DNA of 64,000 bases from Desulfobacterales bacterium (GCA_963674755.2 CAXXVS010000002.1:512001-576000); one strand, 5' to 3'. Positions 9,382-22,009 are shown, numbered from the stretch's first letter. Notes: generated from the sequence alone by a model not told the origin. Made by a program: numbers and translations.

Positions 9382-9774
9382 GGCTCTTTTTTCATTGTAA
9401 CCAATTTGAGCAATCGTGATAACCGCTATATCCTATTGTTTTGCGGATAGCAGGGGGCTGGTCTGGAAACCCGCCAACCCTGTGGTTACTTTGGTTAAAA
9501 ATGATCTTCGAACGGGCTCTCAAATCGGCTTTACCTCCTCTGACTCACGTGCCAACCCAATTCGCGCTTACCGATTTTTCAGCAAGCTGAAACAAATCTA
9601 AAACCATCGAGCCACGCCTGAATCACCCGGGGTTGCCCTTCCTGTCCTCAGCGTGACGACGTGTTTCACGCCCTTCGGTTTTGCTGACGCATCCGGGTTG
9701 ATGCCAATAAATCCATCAAATTTTTATCGGGTATCGATGAGGGGGCAAGTTGACGAGAGGAAAACCAATGTTTA

Positions 9775-12019
<2,245 letters not shown>

Positions 12020-12032
12020 TCGCAGCATAAGT

Positions 12033-12073
12033 GGGCGGTGTTTCCGGTGGTAGTGAAACACCGCCCCCTTTTT
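12033..12073 (+). terminator. Intrinsic terminator after katG
   Basis: GGGCGGTGTTTC / GAAACACCGCCC 12-bp stem followed by CCTTTTT. Confidence 0.8.
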
Positions 12074-12223
12074 GATGCCGATAGGCACCTATGCGAATAG
12101 CCGCTCAGTCGATCTCCATCGCCTTCTATTCGATACGCCTCTTCCATTAATCACGGGAGCGGTTCAAGCCCCCCGGCCCAACCTATACCATCGATGCAAT
12201 TCGTCATCCGGTCGGTCTGCCAA

Positions 12224-12877
12224 TCAGGTTCCGTCCACCAGCGCCTGAGCCACGCGGTTGGCCAGGGCCCAGATGGCATCCGCCGGGAGGACCTGTTCGA
12301 TGGAGCGGTCGAAGAGGATCTTGAGGTCGGCCGGAAATTCGTCATCGGCGAACCACATGAGGAAATACAGGGGAATGCGGGGGAAGGGGAGCAGCCGCCC
12401 GGCGGCGTCGGCCATATCCACCAGACGGCCGTCCAATGATGCTACCGCCCGACGGAATCCTTCGGGATCCCGCCCGTAGCGATCCAGCACCTTGGCCGTA
12501 CGCAGTTCGTGGGGCCCGACGAAGAAATGGGACTCCCTGAGATCCTGCAGGCCCACGATATCACGATCCAAGGGGAAAATTCCGTTGACCTGGTTCAGGT
12601 AGACCAGGGTCACCAGTTCCAGCAGGGGGTCCTCCAAGGGAACGTATTGCCCGTCTTCGACACGCAGCAATCGTTGATGGGGGATATCCACACAGATTTC
12701 CCGGTGGAGAAAACGGAATTGCAGGCGGCCTTCAGGCCGGGGGCGGGCCAGGGTGAAATTGGCCAGTTCTTCCAGGGAGCGCCTGGCCAGATCCTGCCAT
12801 TGAAGGGTATCCGGTCCGAGATGGGAGCCGTCCGGCGCGTAGCGGTCCTGGTCTTTTTCCGGCTTGGAGGCGGTCAT
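12224..12877 (-). CDS. DUF3786 domain protein
   Basis: FPRIPLYFLMWFADDEFPADLKILFD motif; alternative GTG start at 12904 overlaps the arfB stop. Confidence 0.8.
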   Translation of the reverse strand: MTASKPEKDQDRYAPDGSHLGPDTLQWQDLARRSLEELANFTLARPRPEGRLQFRFLHREICVDIPHQRLLRVEDGQYVPLEDPLLELVTLVYLNQVNGIFPLDRDIVGLQDLRESHFFVGPHELRTAKVLDRYGRDPEGFRRAVASLDGRLVDMADAAGRLLPFPRIPLYFLMWFADDEFPADLKILFDRSIEQVLPADAIWALANRVAQALVDGT

Positions 12878-12900
12878 CTTCCTTCGCCTTTCAGTGAGGC

Positions 12901-13323
12901 TCACTCCTCGCCCCTGACGGGGCGGCGCTGATGCTTGAGGCGGGCACGGCGGCGTTTGGTCTCCAGGCGGCGCCGACGTGAAGCCGTCGTGGGTTTGGTG
13001 GGGCGGCGCGGACGCGGCGGGCGGGAGGCCGCTTCGATCAGACCCCGCAAACGCTCCAGGGCCTCTTCACGATTCTGTTTCTGGGAACGCTGGCTGCGGG
13101 CGTCGATTACCAGAACGCCATCGCCGGTCAGCCGCCGTCCGGCCAGGCGTTCCAGGCGTTGACGCACGGCTTCGGGCAGGGAGGGGCTGTGGCGCACGTC
13201 GAAGCGCAGTTGCACGGCGGTGGCGGTTTTGTTGACGTGCTGGCCCCCGGGGCCGTCGGCGCGTATAAACCCCAGCGTGATTTCGTTGTCCGGGATTTCG
13301 ATGTCGTCCGTGACGCGGAGCAT
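12901..13323 (-). CDS. arfB: Ribosome rescue peptidyl-tRNA hydrolase ArfB
   Basis: GPGGQHVNKT, RSQKQNR and a basic C-terminal tail RRPTKPT. Confidence 0.95.
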   Translation of the reverse strand: MLRVTDDIEIPDNEITLGFIRADGPGGQHVNKTATAVQLRFDVRHSPSLPEAVRQRLERLAGRRLTGDGVLVIDARSQRSQKQNREEALERLRGLIEAASRPPRPRRPTKPTTASRRRRLETKRRRARLKHQRRPVRGEE

Positions 13324-13343
13324 GGCAACCTTATTGGATGACC

Positions 13344-13378
13344 GATACTGGATACTGGATACTTGATGCTGGATACCG
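13344..13378. repeat. Heptamer tandem repeat (GATACTG)x5, imperfect
   Basis: GATACTG GATACTG GATACTT GATGCTG GATACCG between hisHF and arfB. Confidence 0.85.
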
Positions 13379-13398
13379 GATTAAAAATCCCTGATCAT

Positions 13399-14970
13399 TC
13401 AGCGCCTGATTTCCACCTTCCCTTGCAGGTAGCTCTTGACCGCCCCGATGGGCACCTCACGACGGTGAAAGATGCCGGCGGCCAGGGCCGATTCGGCCTC
13501 GGTTTGTGTGAAGACCTCATGGAAATGGGCTTCGCAGCCGGCCCCGCTGGAGGCGATCACCGGAATGGTAACGGCCGCCTTTACGGCGTTGATCAGCTCC
13601 AGATCGAAGCCGGCATTGGTGCCGTCGCGGTCGATGCAGTTGAGCAGGATTTCGCCGGCCCCCAATGCTTCGCAGGCCGCTGCCAGGGAGACGGCGTCCA
13701 GTGCGCGCCCCTCGCGGCCACCCTTGATGGTGCACTGATACCAGCAGTAGCGCTCCCCCTTGGGTCCCGGGAAGGCGGTCGCGATCGTGCGCTGGGGAAC
13801 GTCTTGGGGATCGGCCACATAGACCCGGCGCGGATCCACCGAGATGACTACGGCCTGGTTGCCGTAGACCCGGGAGATGGCTTCGATGGCGCTCTGACCG
13901 GTCTTGCGTCCCGTGCGGAGGAAGGCTTCGGCAATCAAAACAGCGTCGCTGCCGATGGAGACCTTGTCGGCGCCCGAGCGGAAGTATTCGCTGGCCACCT
14001 CGAGGGCGGAATAGGTCCGGCCGTTTTTGTCGGTGTAATCCCGGATGCCGCCGCCGATGGTGAGGGGCACGAATACTTTGCGCGAGGTCTGTTTGAGCAC
14101 TTCCAGCATGGGCATGTCTTCCAGGGGAAAATCCCGGAAGCCGGTGATGTTGAGGAAGGTGATCTCGTCGGCGCCGTCCTCGTAGTAACGTTGGGCCAGC
14201 TCCACCGGCAGGCCCAGGTTGCGCACCTGCCCTTCTTCACGCACATCGTACTGGTCGCCTTTGGTCACCACCAGGTCGCCCAGATCGTTGGCACGCACGT
14301 CCAGACAGGCGATGATGCGTTTGGCCAGCAGGGTCGCCGGCGGAATCTGGGGCGGGGTGGCAGCCGGCGTGCCGGCGGACAGGAAATTGGCCAGGATCCG
14401 TTGGCCGTCGGCCCCGCTCTTTTCCGGGTGGAACTGGGTGCCCATGACATTGCCCTGCTGGACCGCGCTGGCAAATTCGTAGCCATAGTCGGTGGCGGTC
14501 AGAACGACACCGGGATCCTCGGGGGCGATGTGGTAGGAGTGCACGAAATAGAATTTCTCATCCCCCCGCAGCCCGTTGAACAGGGGCGAGGCCTGGCGCG
14601 CCTTGATGCCGTTCCAGCCGATGTGGGGCACTGCCCGGTTGATGGTAAAGCGTTTGACCCGGCCCTTCAGCAGGCCCAGTCCCGGCACCCCGGGGGCTTC
14701 CTCGCTTTCCTCGAAGAGGGCCTGCATGCCCAGGCAGATGCCCAGGAAAGGGCGATTCGATGCCAGATACGCCTTCAAGGGATCGATATAGCCCCGCTCC
14801 GCCAGGATTTCCATCATGCTCCCGAAGGCACCCACCCCGGGAAACACCAGCCGTTCGGCGTCCAGAATGTCTTCCGGTGTCTTCACCGGACGGACCGTTT
14901 CCCCCAGGCTTTCGATGGCATTGACGACGCTGCGCACATTGCCGGCGCCGTAGTCGAGCAAGGTGATCAT
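13399..14970 (-). CDS. hisHF: Bifunctional imidazole glycerol phosphate synthase HisH-HisF fusion
   Basis: N-terminal glutaminase (GICLG, FHPE) fused to cyclase (RIIACLDVR, DKVSIGSDAV, ILLNCIDRDG, IASSGAG). Confidence 0.96.
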   Translation of the reverse strand: MITLLDYGAGNVRSVVNAIESLGETVRPVKTPEDILDAERLVFPGVGAFGSMMEILAERGYIDPLKAYLASNRPFLGICLGMQALFEESEEAPGVPGLGLLKGRVKRFTINRAVPHIGWNGIKARQASPLFNGLRGDEKFYFVHSYHIAPEDPGVVLTATDYGYEFASAVQQGNVMGTQFHPEKSGADGQRILANFLSAGTPAATPPQIPPATLLAKRIIACLDVRANDLGDLVVTKGDQYDVREEGQVRNLGLPVELAQRYYEDGADEITFLNITGFRDFPLEDMPMLEVLKQTSRKVFVPLTIGGGIRDYTDKNGRTYSALEVASEYFRSGADKVSIGSDAVLIAEAFLRTGRKTGQSAIEAISRVYGNQAVVISVDPRRVYVADPQDVPQRTIATAFPGPKGERYCWYQCTIKGGREGRALDAVSLAAACEALGAGEILLNCIDRDGTNAGFDLELINAVKAAVTIPVIASSGAGCEAHFHEVFTQTEAESALAAGIFHRREVPIGAVKSYLQGKVEIRR

Positions 14971-15119
14971 GGCATTACCTCATTGCATAAGCTGTTGCAG
15001 CGGGCTCTCACGGGTCCGCCAGGTCGCGAAAGATTGCGTGGCGTATGGCTGGCATTGAAAAAGCACTCTTTAGCCCAATACCATGTGAATGGCAACCCGG
15101 GGATCATAAGCGGCTATTC

Positions 15120-15983
15120 TCAATGGGCCATGCCCAGGGCCAGGGTCGCTTCCCAGCCCAGCATGGCCTTTTTGCGGGCCGGGCCGCCCCCGTAGTAGCC
15201 GAAGACGCCCATCTTGCGAATCACGCGATGGCAGGGGATGAGGAAAGGGATGGGGTTGCGCCCCACCGCATTGCCCACGGCCCGTGAGGCTTTGGGCAGG
15301 CCGATGTGCCGGGCGATATCCTCGTAGGTGACCGCCTTGCCCAAGGGGATTTTGAGCAGGGCTTCCCAGACCTTGATTTGGAAGTTGGTGCCTTTGACAA
15401 AGAGGTAGAGCGGGGCCGGAGGGTGATCCTGGGGATAGCCGAAAACGCCCTCCAGCAGTCCGGCCGTGGCCTGGGGATCCTGGCGGATGGCGGCCCGGGG
15501 CCACTGGCGCTCCAGATCGGCCACCGGCGTGCGGCGGTCGCCGTCCTGCACGAAGCTGAGCGCGCAGATGCCCCGCTCGGTCACGGCCAGAAGACATTCC
15601 CCGAAAGGGGAGGGGTGCAGGCCGTAGCGGATATCCAGTCCGGCGCCCTTTTGTTTATACTCCCCGGGCGTCACGGCCTCGCAGGTCACGAAGAGGTCGT
15701 GCAGACGGCCGGGGCTGGAGAGCCCGCTGTCGAAGGTGCTGTCCAGCAGAGAGTCGGAACCGGTGATCAAGGTCTTGGCGTGCTCCTTGGTGAGAAACTG
15801 CAGGAAGCGCTTCGGGCTGATGCCCACCCAGCGGCTGAAGAGGCGCTGGAAGTGGTATTCGCTCAAGCCCGCGGCCCGGGCGACGGCGGTCAGACCGGGC
15901 TGCTCCTCATGGTGGGTTTCGATATAGCGGATGGCCGCTTCCACCCGCTCGTAATCGCGGCATAGGGTATGATAATTGGTCAT
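15120..15983 (-). CDS. AraC-HTH plus O6-methylguanine-DNA methyltransferase (Ada-like, no N-terminal Zn domain)
   Basis: LSEYHFQRLF HTH; GTNFQIKVWEAL; IPCHRV active site. Confidence 0.92.
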   Translation of the reverse strand: MTNYHTLCRDYERVEAAIRYIETHHEEQPGLTAVARAAGLSEYHFQRLFSRWVGISPKRFLQFLTKEHAKTLITGSDSLLDSTFDSGLSSPGRLHDLFVTCEAVTPGEYKQKGAGLDIRYGLHPSPFGECLLAVTERGICALSFVQDGDRRTPVADLERQWPRAAIRQDPQATAGLLEGVFGYPQDHPPAPLYLFVKGTNFQIKVWEALLKIPLGKAVTYEDIARHIGLPKASRAVGNAVGRNPIPFLIPCHRVIRKMGVFGYYGGGPARKKAMLGWEATLALGMAH

Positions 15984-16155
15984 GGCTGGTATCCTCCCCC
16001 GAGAGAACATTGAGCATGCAGGCCGCCTCGGCGTGAGTGGCCTGCATCGATCAGATAGCACTCTAACTCTTTTCCGGTTCATATACTACGGATCGCAAGG
16101 CCGGTGGACAACCCGATTCTTGCGTTGTTGCGATGACACAGCGGCTGCGGGTGGA

Positions 16156-17631
16156 TCAGGGCGATGGCGGGGTGGTTTCCGGGTAGGCGACGGCAAGATG
16201 ACCAATGGCCCGGGCGATGTCGGCCAGGGCTTTTTCGCGGTCGTACCGGGCAGCGGCCTGGCTCATGTGGGCCTGACTGCGCGCCAGTTCGGCCTCCAGA
16301 TAGCGTGTGATCGTGGCGGCGCCGTTGTCATACTGGCGGCGGACCAGAACCAGGGTTTCGTCGGCATTGGCAACCCGGGAACGGGCCACTTCCAGGCGGG
16401 CCTTGGCTTCATCCAGGGCAAGATAGGCGGTTTTGACATCGAGCTCCACGGCCAGGGTGGTCTTGCGGTCCTGCTGGAGCATCGCTTCGAAAACGGCCCG
16501 GGCTTCATTCTCCTGGGCACGCGTGCTGAACCCGCTGAAGATCTCCCAATTGAAGAGCAGACCGGCCGTCCAGTTGTCGTTATCCCAATTGTAATCCATG
16601 TTTTCGTCATCGTAGTAAAACTTGCCGAAGGCGTCGATGCGGGGGATGTAGCCGGTGCGGGCTTTGTCCACCGCCATCCGGCTCTGGCGCACTTTCTCAT
16701 GCAGACTGCGGACCTCCGGCCGGTGGGCCATGGCGTAGGCCAGGCCGCCATCGAAATGCGCCGGGAGGTCCAGCCCCGTGGTCGCGTCTTTTTCGGGCTG
16801 CAAGACGGTGTCGGTACCGGCGCCCATGATGGTCGCCAGGGCGGCCAGGGATAATTCCCGGCGGTTGCGGCTGCGCGCCTCCTCTTCCTGGGCCGCGGCC
16901 CGGCGCACCCGCAGCGAGAGCAGATCCGACTTGAGCACCGCCCCCTGATCATAGCGCACCTGCATGACCCGCAGCTGGTCATCCACGGTGGCTACCGATT
17001 GGCGTGCAATGGCCAGGAAGGCATCCGCGGTCAGGTAGTTGTAGTACGTCTGAATCACCGAGGCCGCCAGGGCGTTGGTCACGGCCTGGCGGTCGAGCCG
17101 GGATATCTCCCGGCCGATGGCGCTCATCTCGCGGTTGAGGAGATCGCGGCCGCCGCTGAAAAGATTCCAGCGGGCGTTCAGGCCGGATTCGAAATTGTCC
17201 CAATTGCCGGGATTATTGAGATCGCCGGACAGGGAAAATTGCCGCTGGTCCAGTTTCTTGAAAAGATAGGCGGAAGGGGCGTTGCCCCCCATGTATTCGG
17301 TATAAAAGGCCAGGGAGGGGTAGAAAGCGGCCTCGGCTTGTTTCAGAAGGGCTTCACTCTGTAGGATGCGGGCGGCGGCCATTTGCCGGTCGGGGTTGTT
17401 GGCCACGGCGATGCGTATAGCCTCTTCCAGACCGAGAGCACCTTCCGGAATGGGCTGCAGGGGGGTGGCGGCGGTGCCGTTGCGGCGGAGCACATCGGCC
17501 CGGTGAGCCTCCTGGATGGCATCGTAGCGGTAACGCGCCTGGGTCGCGCAGCCGGACACCCAGGCCAGCAGCATGATGGCCCCTAACAAAACGGAGATGA
17601 GACGAATCGGTCGCTTTAAGGTCAGGAACAT
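16156..17631 (-). CDS. TolC family outer membrane efflux lipoprotein
   Basis: Lipobox-like VSGC; two OEP repeats (LEEAIRIAVANNP; VKTAYL...YDNG). Confidence 0.9.
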   Translation of the reverse strand: MFLTLKRPIRLISVLLGAIMLLAWVSGCATQARYRYDAIQEAHRADVLRRNGTAATPLQPIPEGALGLEEAIRIAVANNPDRQMAAARILQSEALLKQAEAAFYPSLAFYTEYMGGNAPSAYLFKKLDQRQFSLSGDLNNPGNWDNFESGLNARWNLFSGGRDLLNREMSAIGREISRLDRQAVTNALAASVIQTYYNYLTADAFLAIARQSVATVDDQLRVMQVRYDQGAVLKSDLLSLRVRRAAAQEEEARSRNRRELSLAALATIMGAGTDTVLQPEKDATTGLDLPAHFDGGLAYAMAHRPEVRSLHEKVRQSRMAVDKARTGYIPRIDAFGKFYYDDENMDYNWDNDNWTAGLLFNWEIFSGFSTRAQENEARAVFEAMLQQDRKTTLAVELDVKTAYLALDEAKARLEVARSRVANADETLVLVRRQYDNGAATITRYLEAELARSQAHMSQAAARYDREKALADIARAIGHLAVAYPETTPPSP

Positions 17632-17733
17632 GGGGATTCTATCCGATCGATTGCGCCGGGCGGTCCGTCAGTCTGTCCACCAGTTTGTCCGCCCAGGAGT
17701 GGTCCGGTTCCCTTGGAAGCAGGGTCCCGGATA

Positions 17734-17783
17734 TTGAAATAGATTTCAAAACGCACCATACTCAAACCCGAGACGCCTGTCAA
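17734..17783 (-). promoter_or_regulatory. Sigma70 promoter with downstream palindromic operator for tolC
   Basis: Minus strand TTGACA (17783-17778), 17 nt, TATGGT (17760-17755); palindrome TTGAAAT-AG-ATTTCAA at 17734-17749. Confidence 0.65.
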
Positions 17784-17952
17784 TATTGATATCCTATATT
17801 ATTTCATATAGTTATATGGTTGTCCGAAAATCGGCAGTCGTTGATGTCAAGCGGCATGCGCCGTGAGCGCGGCATATGATTGAGGAGATGGCGCTTCGCC
17901 GGCATCGGCGATCTGACTTGAACGGTGTAGGCGCTGCCTGCAGGAGAGTTCC

Positions 17953-18714
17953 GTGAAACCCATGATCCATATCCTCCACCAAGACAACGATCTCGTGGCC
18001 GTCAACAAACCCAGCGGGATCAAGGTGCACCGCGGAAGCTTCGATACGCGCCGCGAACCCTTCGTCCTGCAAATGGTGCGCGACCAGCTGGGGCAACACC
18101 TTTATCCGGTGCATCGCCTGGACAAACCCACCTCCGGCATTCTGGTGTTCGCCCTCAACCCGGGGGCGGCTCGCTCGCTGTCCAAATCCTTCGCCCGTCG
18201 CCAGGTGCGGAAAACCTATCTGGCGGTGGTCCGGGGCTATATTGCGGAGGAAGGCGAGGTGGATCACCCCCTGGAACGCAGTGCCAACGGCGAGACTTTC
18301 GATAAATCTTCCCGACCGGCACTGACGCGCTATCTGCGCCTGGACACGGCGGAGTTGCCCGTGGCGGTGGGCCGCTATGCCACCGGCCGGTATTCCCTGG
18401 TCCAAGTCATGCCGGCCACCGGCCGGATGCACCAGATCCGGCGCCACATGCGGCATCTGCGCCACCCCATCATCAACGACCGTCAATATGGCGACAACAA
18501 GCACAATCGTTTTTTCACCGATGAACTCCACTGCCGACGCCTGCTGCTGGCCGCCACCGAAATTCGCTTTCCCCACCCCCGCACCCGGGAGACGACATGT
18601 CTGACGGCCCGGCTGGATGATGCGTTTAATGCCATTTTAAACCACATGGGCTGGGAAAACGCGGTCCCTCATCGGTGGCGTTGTAGCTGTGGCAGTTCCT
18701 CCAGCGGTTTCTAA
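17953..18714 (+). CDS. truC: tRNA pseudouridine(65) synthase TruC (RluA family)
   Basis: VNKPSG, HRLDKPTSG, TGRMHQIRRH, GDNKHN. Confidence 0.85.
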   Translation: MKPMIHILHQDNDLVAVNKPSGIKVHRGSFDTRREPFVLQMVRDQLGQHLYPVHRLDKPTSGILVFALNPGAARSLSKSFARRQVRKTYLAVVRGYIAEEGEVDHPLERSANGETFDKSSRPALTRYLRLDTAELPVAVGRYATGRYSLVQVMPATGRMHQIRRHMRHLRHPIINDRQYGDNKHNRFFTDELHCRRLLLAATEIRFPHPRTRETTCLTARLDDAFNAILNHMGWENAVPHRWRCSCGSSSSGF

Positions 18715-19883
18715 CCAGTTCTGAAGGACGCCAGCAGCATCCGACCGGCGTTGCGGGCCCCCACGATATTGCGGGCGCAAGGGCCGACCTGGAGTTCGGC
18801 CAGAGGGCCCGTGACATAGATATTTTTCCCCCACTGGAGATCCTCCCCCACGATGGGGTAGCCGCAAGGGTTGCAGGGCAAATTGAAATCTGCGATCAGG
18901 CGGTCCACCAAACCGCCGCCGGGACGCTCCGGGCGGAAGCCGGTGGCCAGAACGACGCGGTCGGTTCGCATGCTGCCGGCGGTGGTCAGAAGCCGGATAC
19001 CGCCGTCTTCCATGACAGCCTTCTGAACGGCGGCTTCCTGGAGGCCCAGGCGGCCTTGGGCGCGGGCGCGGGTGAATTCGGACAGGATCTCGCCCGGCAG
19101 GCTGCCCGGGATGCGGGCTTCCTCAATCGTGGTGCGCCGGGTTGGATAGTCTTCCCGGTAGAAACGGCGCAGGCACTTGGGGCCGATCCAGCAGGGATTG
19201 AAGTCGAACTGGCTCTCCTGCAGGGACCGGCGGGTCAGCAAGGTCACCTGCGCGCCGGGATGGGCCGCCAGGGATAGGGAGGTCTGCGCGGCTGTGATGC
19301 CGCCACCGATCACCACGATCGATTGCTGCGGTCCACCATCCTCTTCCCGGAAGACGGGCTCGAAGACATGCACGACCGGACCACCAGCCCGCCGCAGATC
19401 CCTGGCCCAGGACGGCCAGCAGAGCTGCTCGCCCATGCCGATGGCCAGAAGAACGCGGCGGGTTTTCAGCGGGCCGGCCGTCGTCTCCACCACGAGCCGG
19501 GGACCGTCGCAGCGCACGATCAGGGCCCGCGCCCGGATATGGCGCCGGGCCAGACCGTTTTCTTCGATGACGTGATCGCTATGGGCGCGGAACAAGGCCA
19601 GGGATGGGCGGTTGTAAGGCGGGATGAAATCGGCCAGGGTCCGACCAGCAGGGGTTTTGGCGAATCGGTAGATGGACAGGATCGGAACGTCGATATGGTG
19701 GGTGGCCGGCGAACGCAAAAAATGCATGCCGCAACGGGCGGTCATGCGGTTCCAGGCGGCCAGTAGACGGTCGTGGGGGTCGAGGATGCCGACCTGTTCG
19801 GGCGCGAGATGGGACTGCTGCGTCAGCAGGTTGGCCAGATAGGTGCCGTGAATGCCGCCGCCGACGATCAGCCATTCCAGCAT
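18711..19883 (-). CDS. FAD/NAD(P)-binding oxidoreductase
   Basis: IVGGGIHG, LRSPATHH, VIGGGITA, VLATGF, GPLAELQVGP. Confidence 0.85.
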   Translation of the reverse strand: MLEWLIVGGGIHGTYLANLLTQQSHLAPEQVGILDPHDRLLAAWNRMTARCGMHFLRSPATHHIDVPILSIYRFAKTPAGRTLADFIPPYNRPSLALFRAHSDHVIEENGLARRHIRARALIVRCDGPRLVVETTAGPLKTRRVLLAIGMGEQLCWPSWARDLRRAGGPVVHVFEPVFREEDGGPQQSIVVIGGGITAAQTSLSLAAHPGAQVTLLTRRSLQESQFDFNPCWIGPKCLRRFYREDYPTRRTTIEEARIPGSLPGEILSEFTRARAQGRLGLQEAAVQKAVMEDGGIRLLTTAGSMRTDRVVLATGFRPERPGGGLVDRLIADFNLPCNPCGYPIVGEDLQWGKNIYVTGPLAELQVGPCARNIVGARNAGRMLLASFRTG

Positions 19884-19889
19884 GTGGGT

Positions 19890-20048
19890 TTACGCCAGCT
19901 TTTCGAAGTATTCTTTTTCAGCGCCGCACAAGGGGCAGACCCAATCGTCCGGAAGGTCTTCGAAAGGGGTTTCGGCCGGAATGTTGTTTTCGATGTCGCC
20001 CTCCATGGGGTCGTAAATGTAGCCGCAGGGGCATTCCCATTTGTCCAT
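19890..20048 (-). CDS. Rubredoxin
   Basis: 52 aa [14 protein letters not shown]...[17 protein letters not shown]. Confidence 0.95.
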   Translation of the reverse strand: MDKWECPCGYIYDPMEGDIENNIPAETPFEDLPDDWVCPLCGAEKEYFEKLA

Positions 20049-20261
20049 GTGTCCTCCTTGCTCCAGTGAAATGGGGGGGTAACCGTCTACACGGTCCGTA
20101 ACAGTAATGCGGTGGTCCTCAGGGGTCAAGCCCAATCCGTCCCCCCCTATCCAAAGGCAGGCCTTGCGGTCATCGCGTCGTTGACACCGGGCGGCAATCC
20201 ATTTACAGTGCCGACGCTCAAACGGAAGGCCTCCGTACGGGCCATTTTCAGGTCAGGAACT

Positions 20262-21593
20262 ATGTCCGCCACTATCGAAGATCGCTATTATATCCGTAAT
20301 GTTTTCGGGATTTCCGCCGTGGAATTCCTGTGGGGACTCGGGCTGCCGGTGGTGGTGGAGAGCACCTTCCTGCAATTGTTCCTCAAGAACCTGGGGGCCT
20401 CCAACCTGGGTCTGGGCCTGATTCCCATATTCTTCTTTATCGGCACCTCGGTGTTCGCCCTGCTGTCGAGCTACATGACTGAAGGCATGGTCTTCAAGCG
20501 GCGGGCCGTGGTGGTACTCCATCTCATTTCAGCCCTGTCCCTGCTGGCCTTCGGCGGCCTGCTGATCATCATGGGCCGGTCGGAGAACACCCTGATGCTG
20601 TTTTTCGTGTGCTACGCCGTGTTTTCCGTTTGCATCGGCATGACCGTTCCGGTGTGGCTCAATTATCTGGTCAAAATTCTCTCGGAGAAGAAATCCACCA
20701 CCGGCCTGGGTTATATGATGATCGCCCAGAATGCCGCCAAGCTGATCAGCAGTCTCGTGGTCATGCGGGTGGTGGAGCAGTATGCTTTCGCGCCCATGTC
20801 CTCGGCGCTTATATTCCTGGTGGTGGGCGTCTTTTTTTTTCTGGGATCGCTGTTTTTCTACCTGACCCGGGAGGTGCTCGAGCAGGCCCCGGCGCGGCCG
20901 AGGCGGCCCTCATTTTTCACTTTTATCAATAACACCCGGCGCCATATGTTTCGGAACCGCAACTTTCTCATCTTTTTGGGAAGCGATCTCGAGCTCTACA
21001 TCGTGGTATCGGTAATCTCCTTCTATGCGACTTACGCCACCGAATTCGGCGGGGTTTCGCCGGCCGTGGCGGCCGGTATCTTTGTGGCCCTCATTTATAT
21101 CGGCGCCATTTGCTCCAATGTGATCCTGGGTACCCTGGGCTGGCTGAGCCTGAAGCACAAGGCCATGGCCTCCAAAGTGAGTTCCATGACAGCCGTTGTG
21201 CTGATGGCCCTCTGGTGCACGCCCACGAGCTTCTTTGTCGCCAGCTTCCTGCTGGGGACGGCCCGGGGCACCCGCATGATCGTTTATGCCCCGGCCGTCA
21301 AAAAGCTTTCCGGTCTTTCAGACGCCACCCCTTATTTCGCTGTGGCACCGGTTCTGACCCTGCCCCTGGCCATGGGACTGCCCCTGGCCTGCGGCCATTT
21401 CCTGGATCGCACGGCCTGGATGGCCGGTGACGCCTACCGCCTGATGCTGGGCGTGGCCGCGCTCCTCATTGCGGGGACCCTGTGGTGTGCCTGGCGCACG
21501 GATTTTGCACCTGGTGCGGTCCTGGCGGAAGAGCCGGCACGTGACCGATCGGTGATCCCACCGGCCAGCACCCGGCCCGTATCTTCGGATTAG
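20262..21593 (+). CDS. MFS-type transporter
   Basis: About 12 hydrophobic helices in two halves. Confidence 0.8.
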   Translation: MSATIEDRYYIRNVFGISAVEFLWGLGLPVVVESTFLQLFLKNLGASNLGLGLIPIFFFIGTSVFALLSSYMTEGMVFKRRAVVVLHLISALSLLAFGGLLIIMGRSENTLMLFFVCYAVFSVCIGMTVPVWLNYLVKILSEKKSTTGLGYMMIAQNAAKLISSLVVMRVVEQYAFAPMSSALIFLVVGVFFFLGSLFFYLTREVLEQAPARPRRPSFFTFINNTRRHMFRNRNFLIFLGSDLELYIVVSVISFYATYATEFGGVSPAVAAGIFVALIYIGAICSNVILGTLGWLSLKHKAMASKVSSMTAVVLMALWCTPTSFFVASFLLGTARGTRMIVYAPAVKKLSGLSDATPYFAVAPVLTLPLAMGLPLACGHFLDRTAWMAGDAYRLMLGVAALLIAGTLWCAWRTDFAPGAVLAEEPARDRSVIPPASTRPVSSD

Positions 21594-22009
21594 AACCTTT
21601 ATCTGATTTGAAGGGCGACGCGTCTTAGCCAGCTGTGGATAACCAACGGGCTGCAAGGCAAGGCGCCGCCCGATGGGATAGATGCCATAACCCCAATGTT
21701 AGCTGCTTTGCGGGGGGCGGGACTTCCCTTGGTCCATAGGATCAGACGCGGAATGCGGCGCGTGTGGCCAAGCCGTATTTCAGGCTGAGGCCTCTTCAGT
21801 CACGGCCTGTCGCCGCTGCACCGGTTGATATATCTCATTATAATCGCTTGACTTTTGAGAGACGTTCTGTTGGACTACGTTACACAGCGCGCTCAATTCC
21901 ATTCAGGCTAAGAAGGGTGAGAAATGCCATTCTCCCACGCCAACCCTGCTTCTCAGGTCATAGAGGTGGGGTTTTGTGTTTTTGCGCTCATCGATTAGGG
22001 GAGGTGCCC

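Noticed and set aside
21635..21643. Single DnaA box TGTGGATAA in an intergenic region
   Set aside because: Isolated; no box cluster or origin-associated genes.
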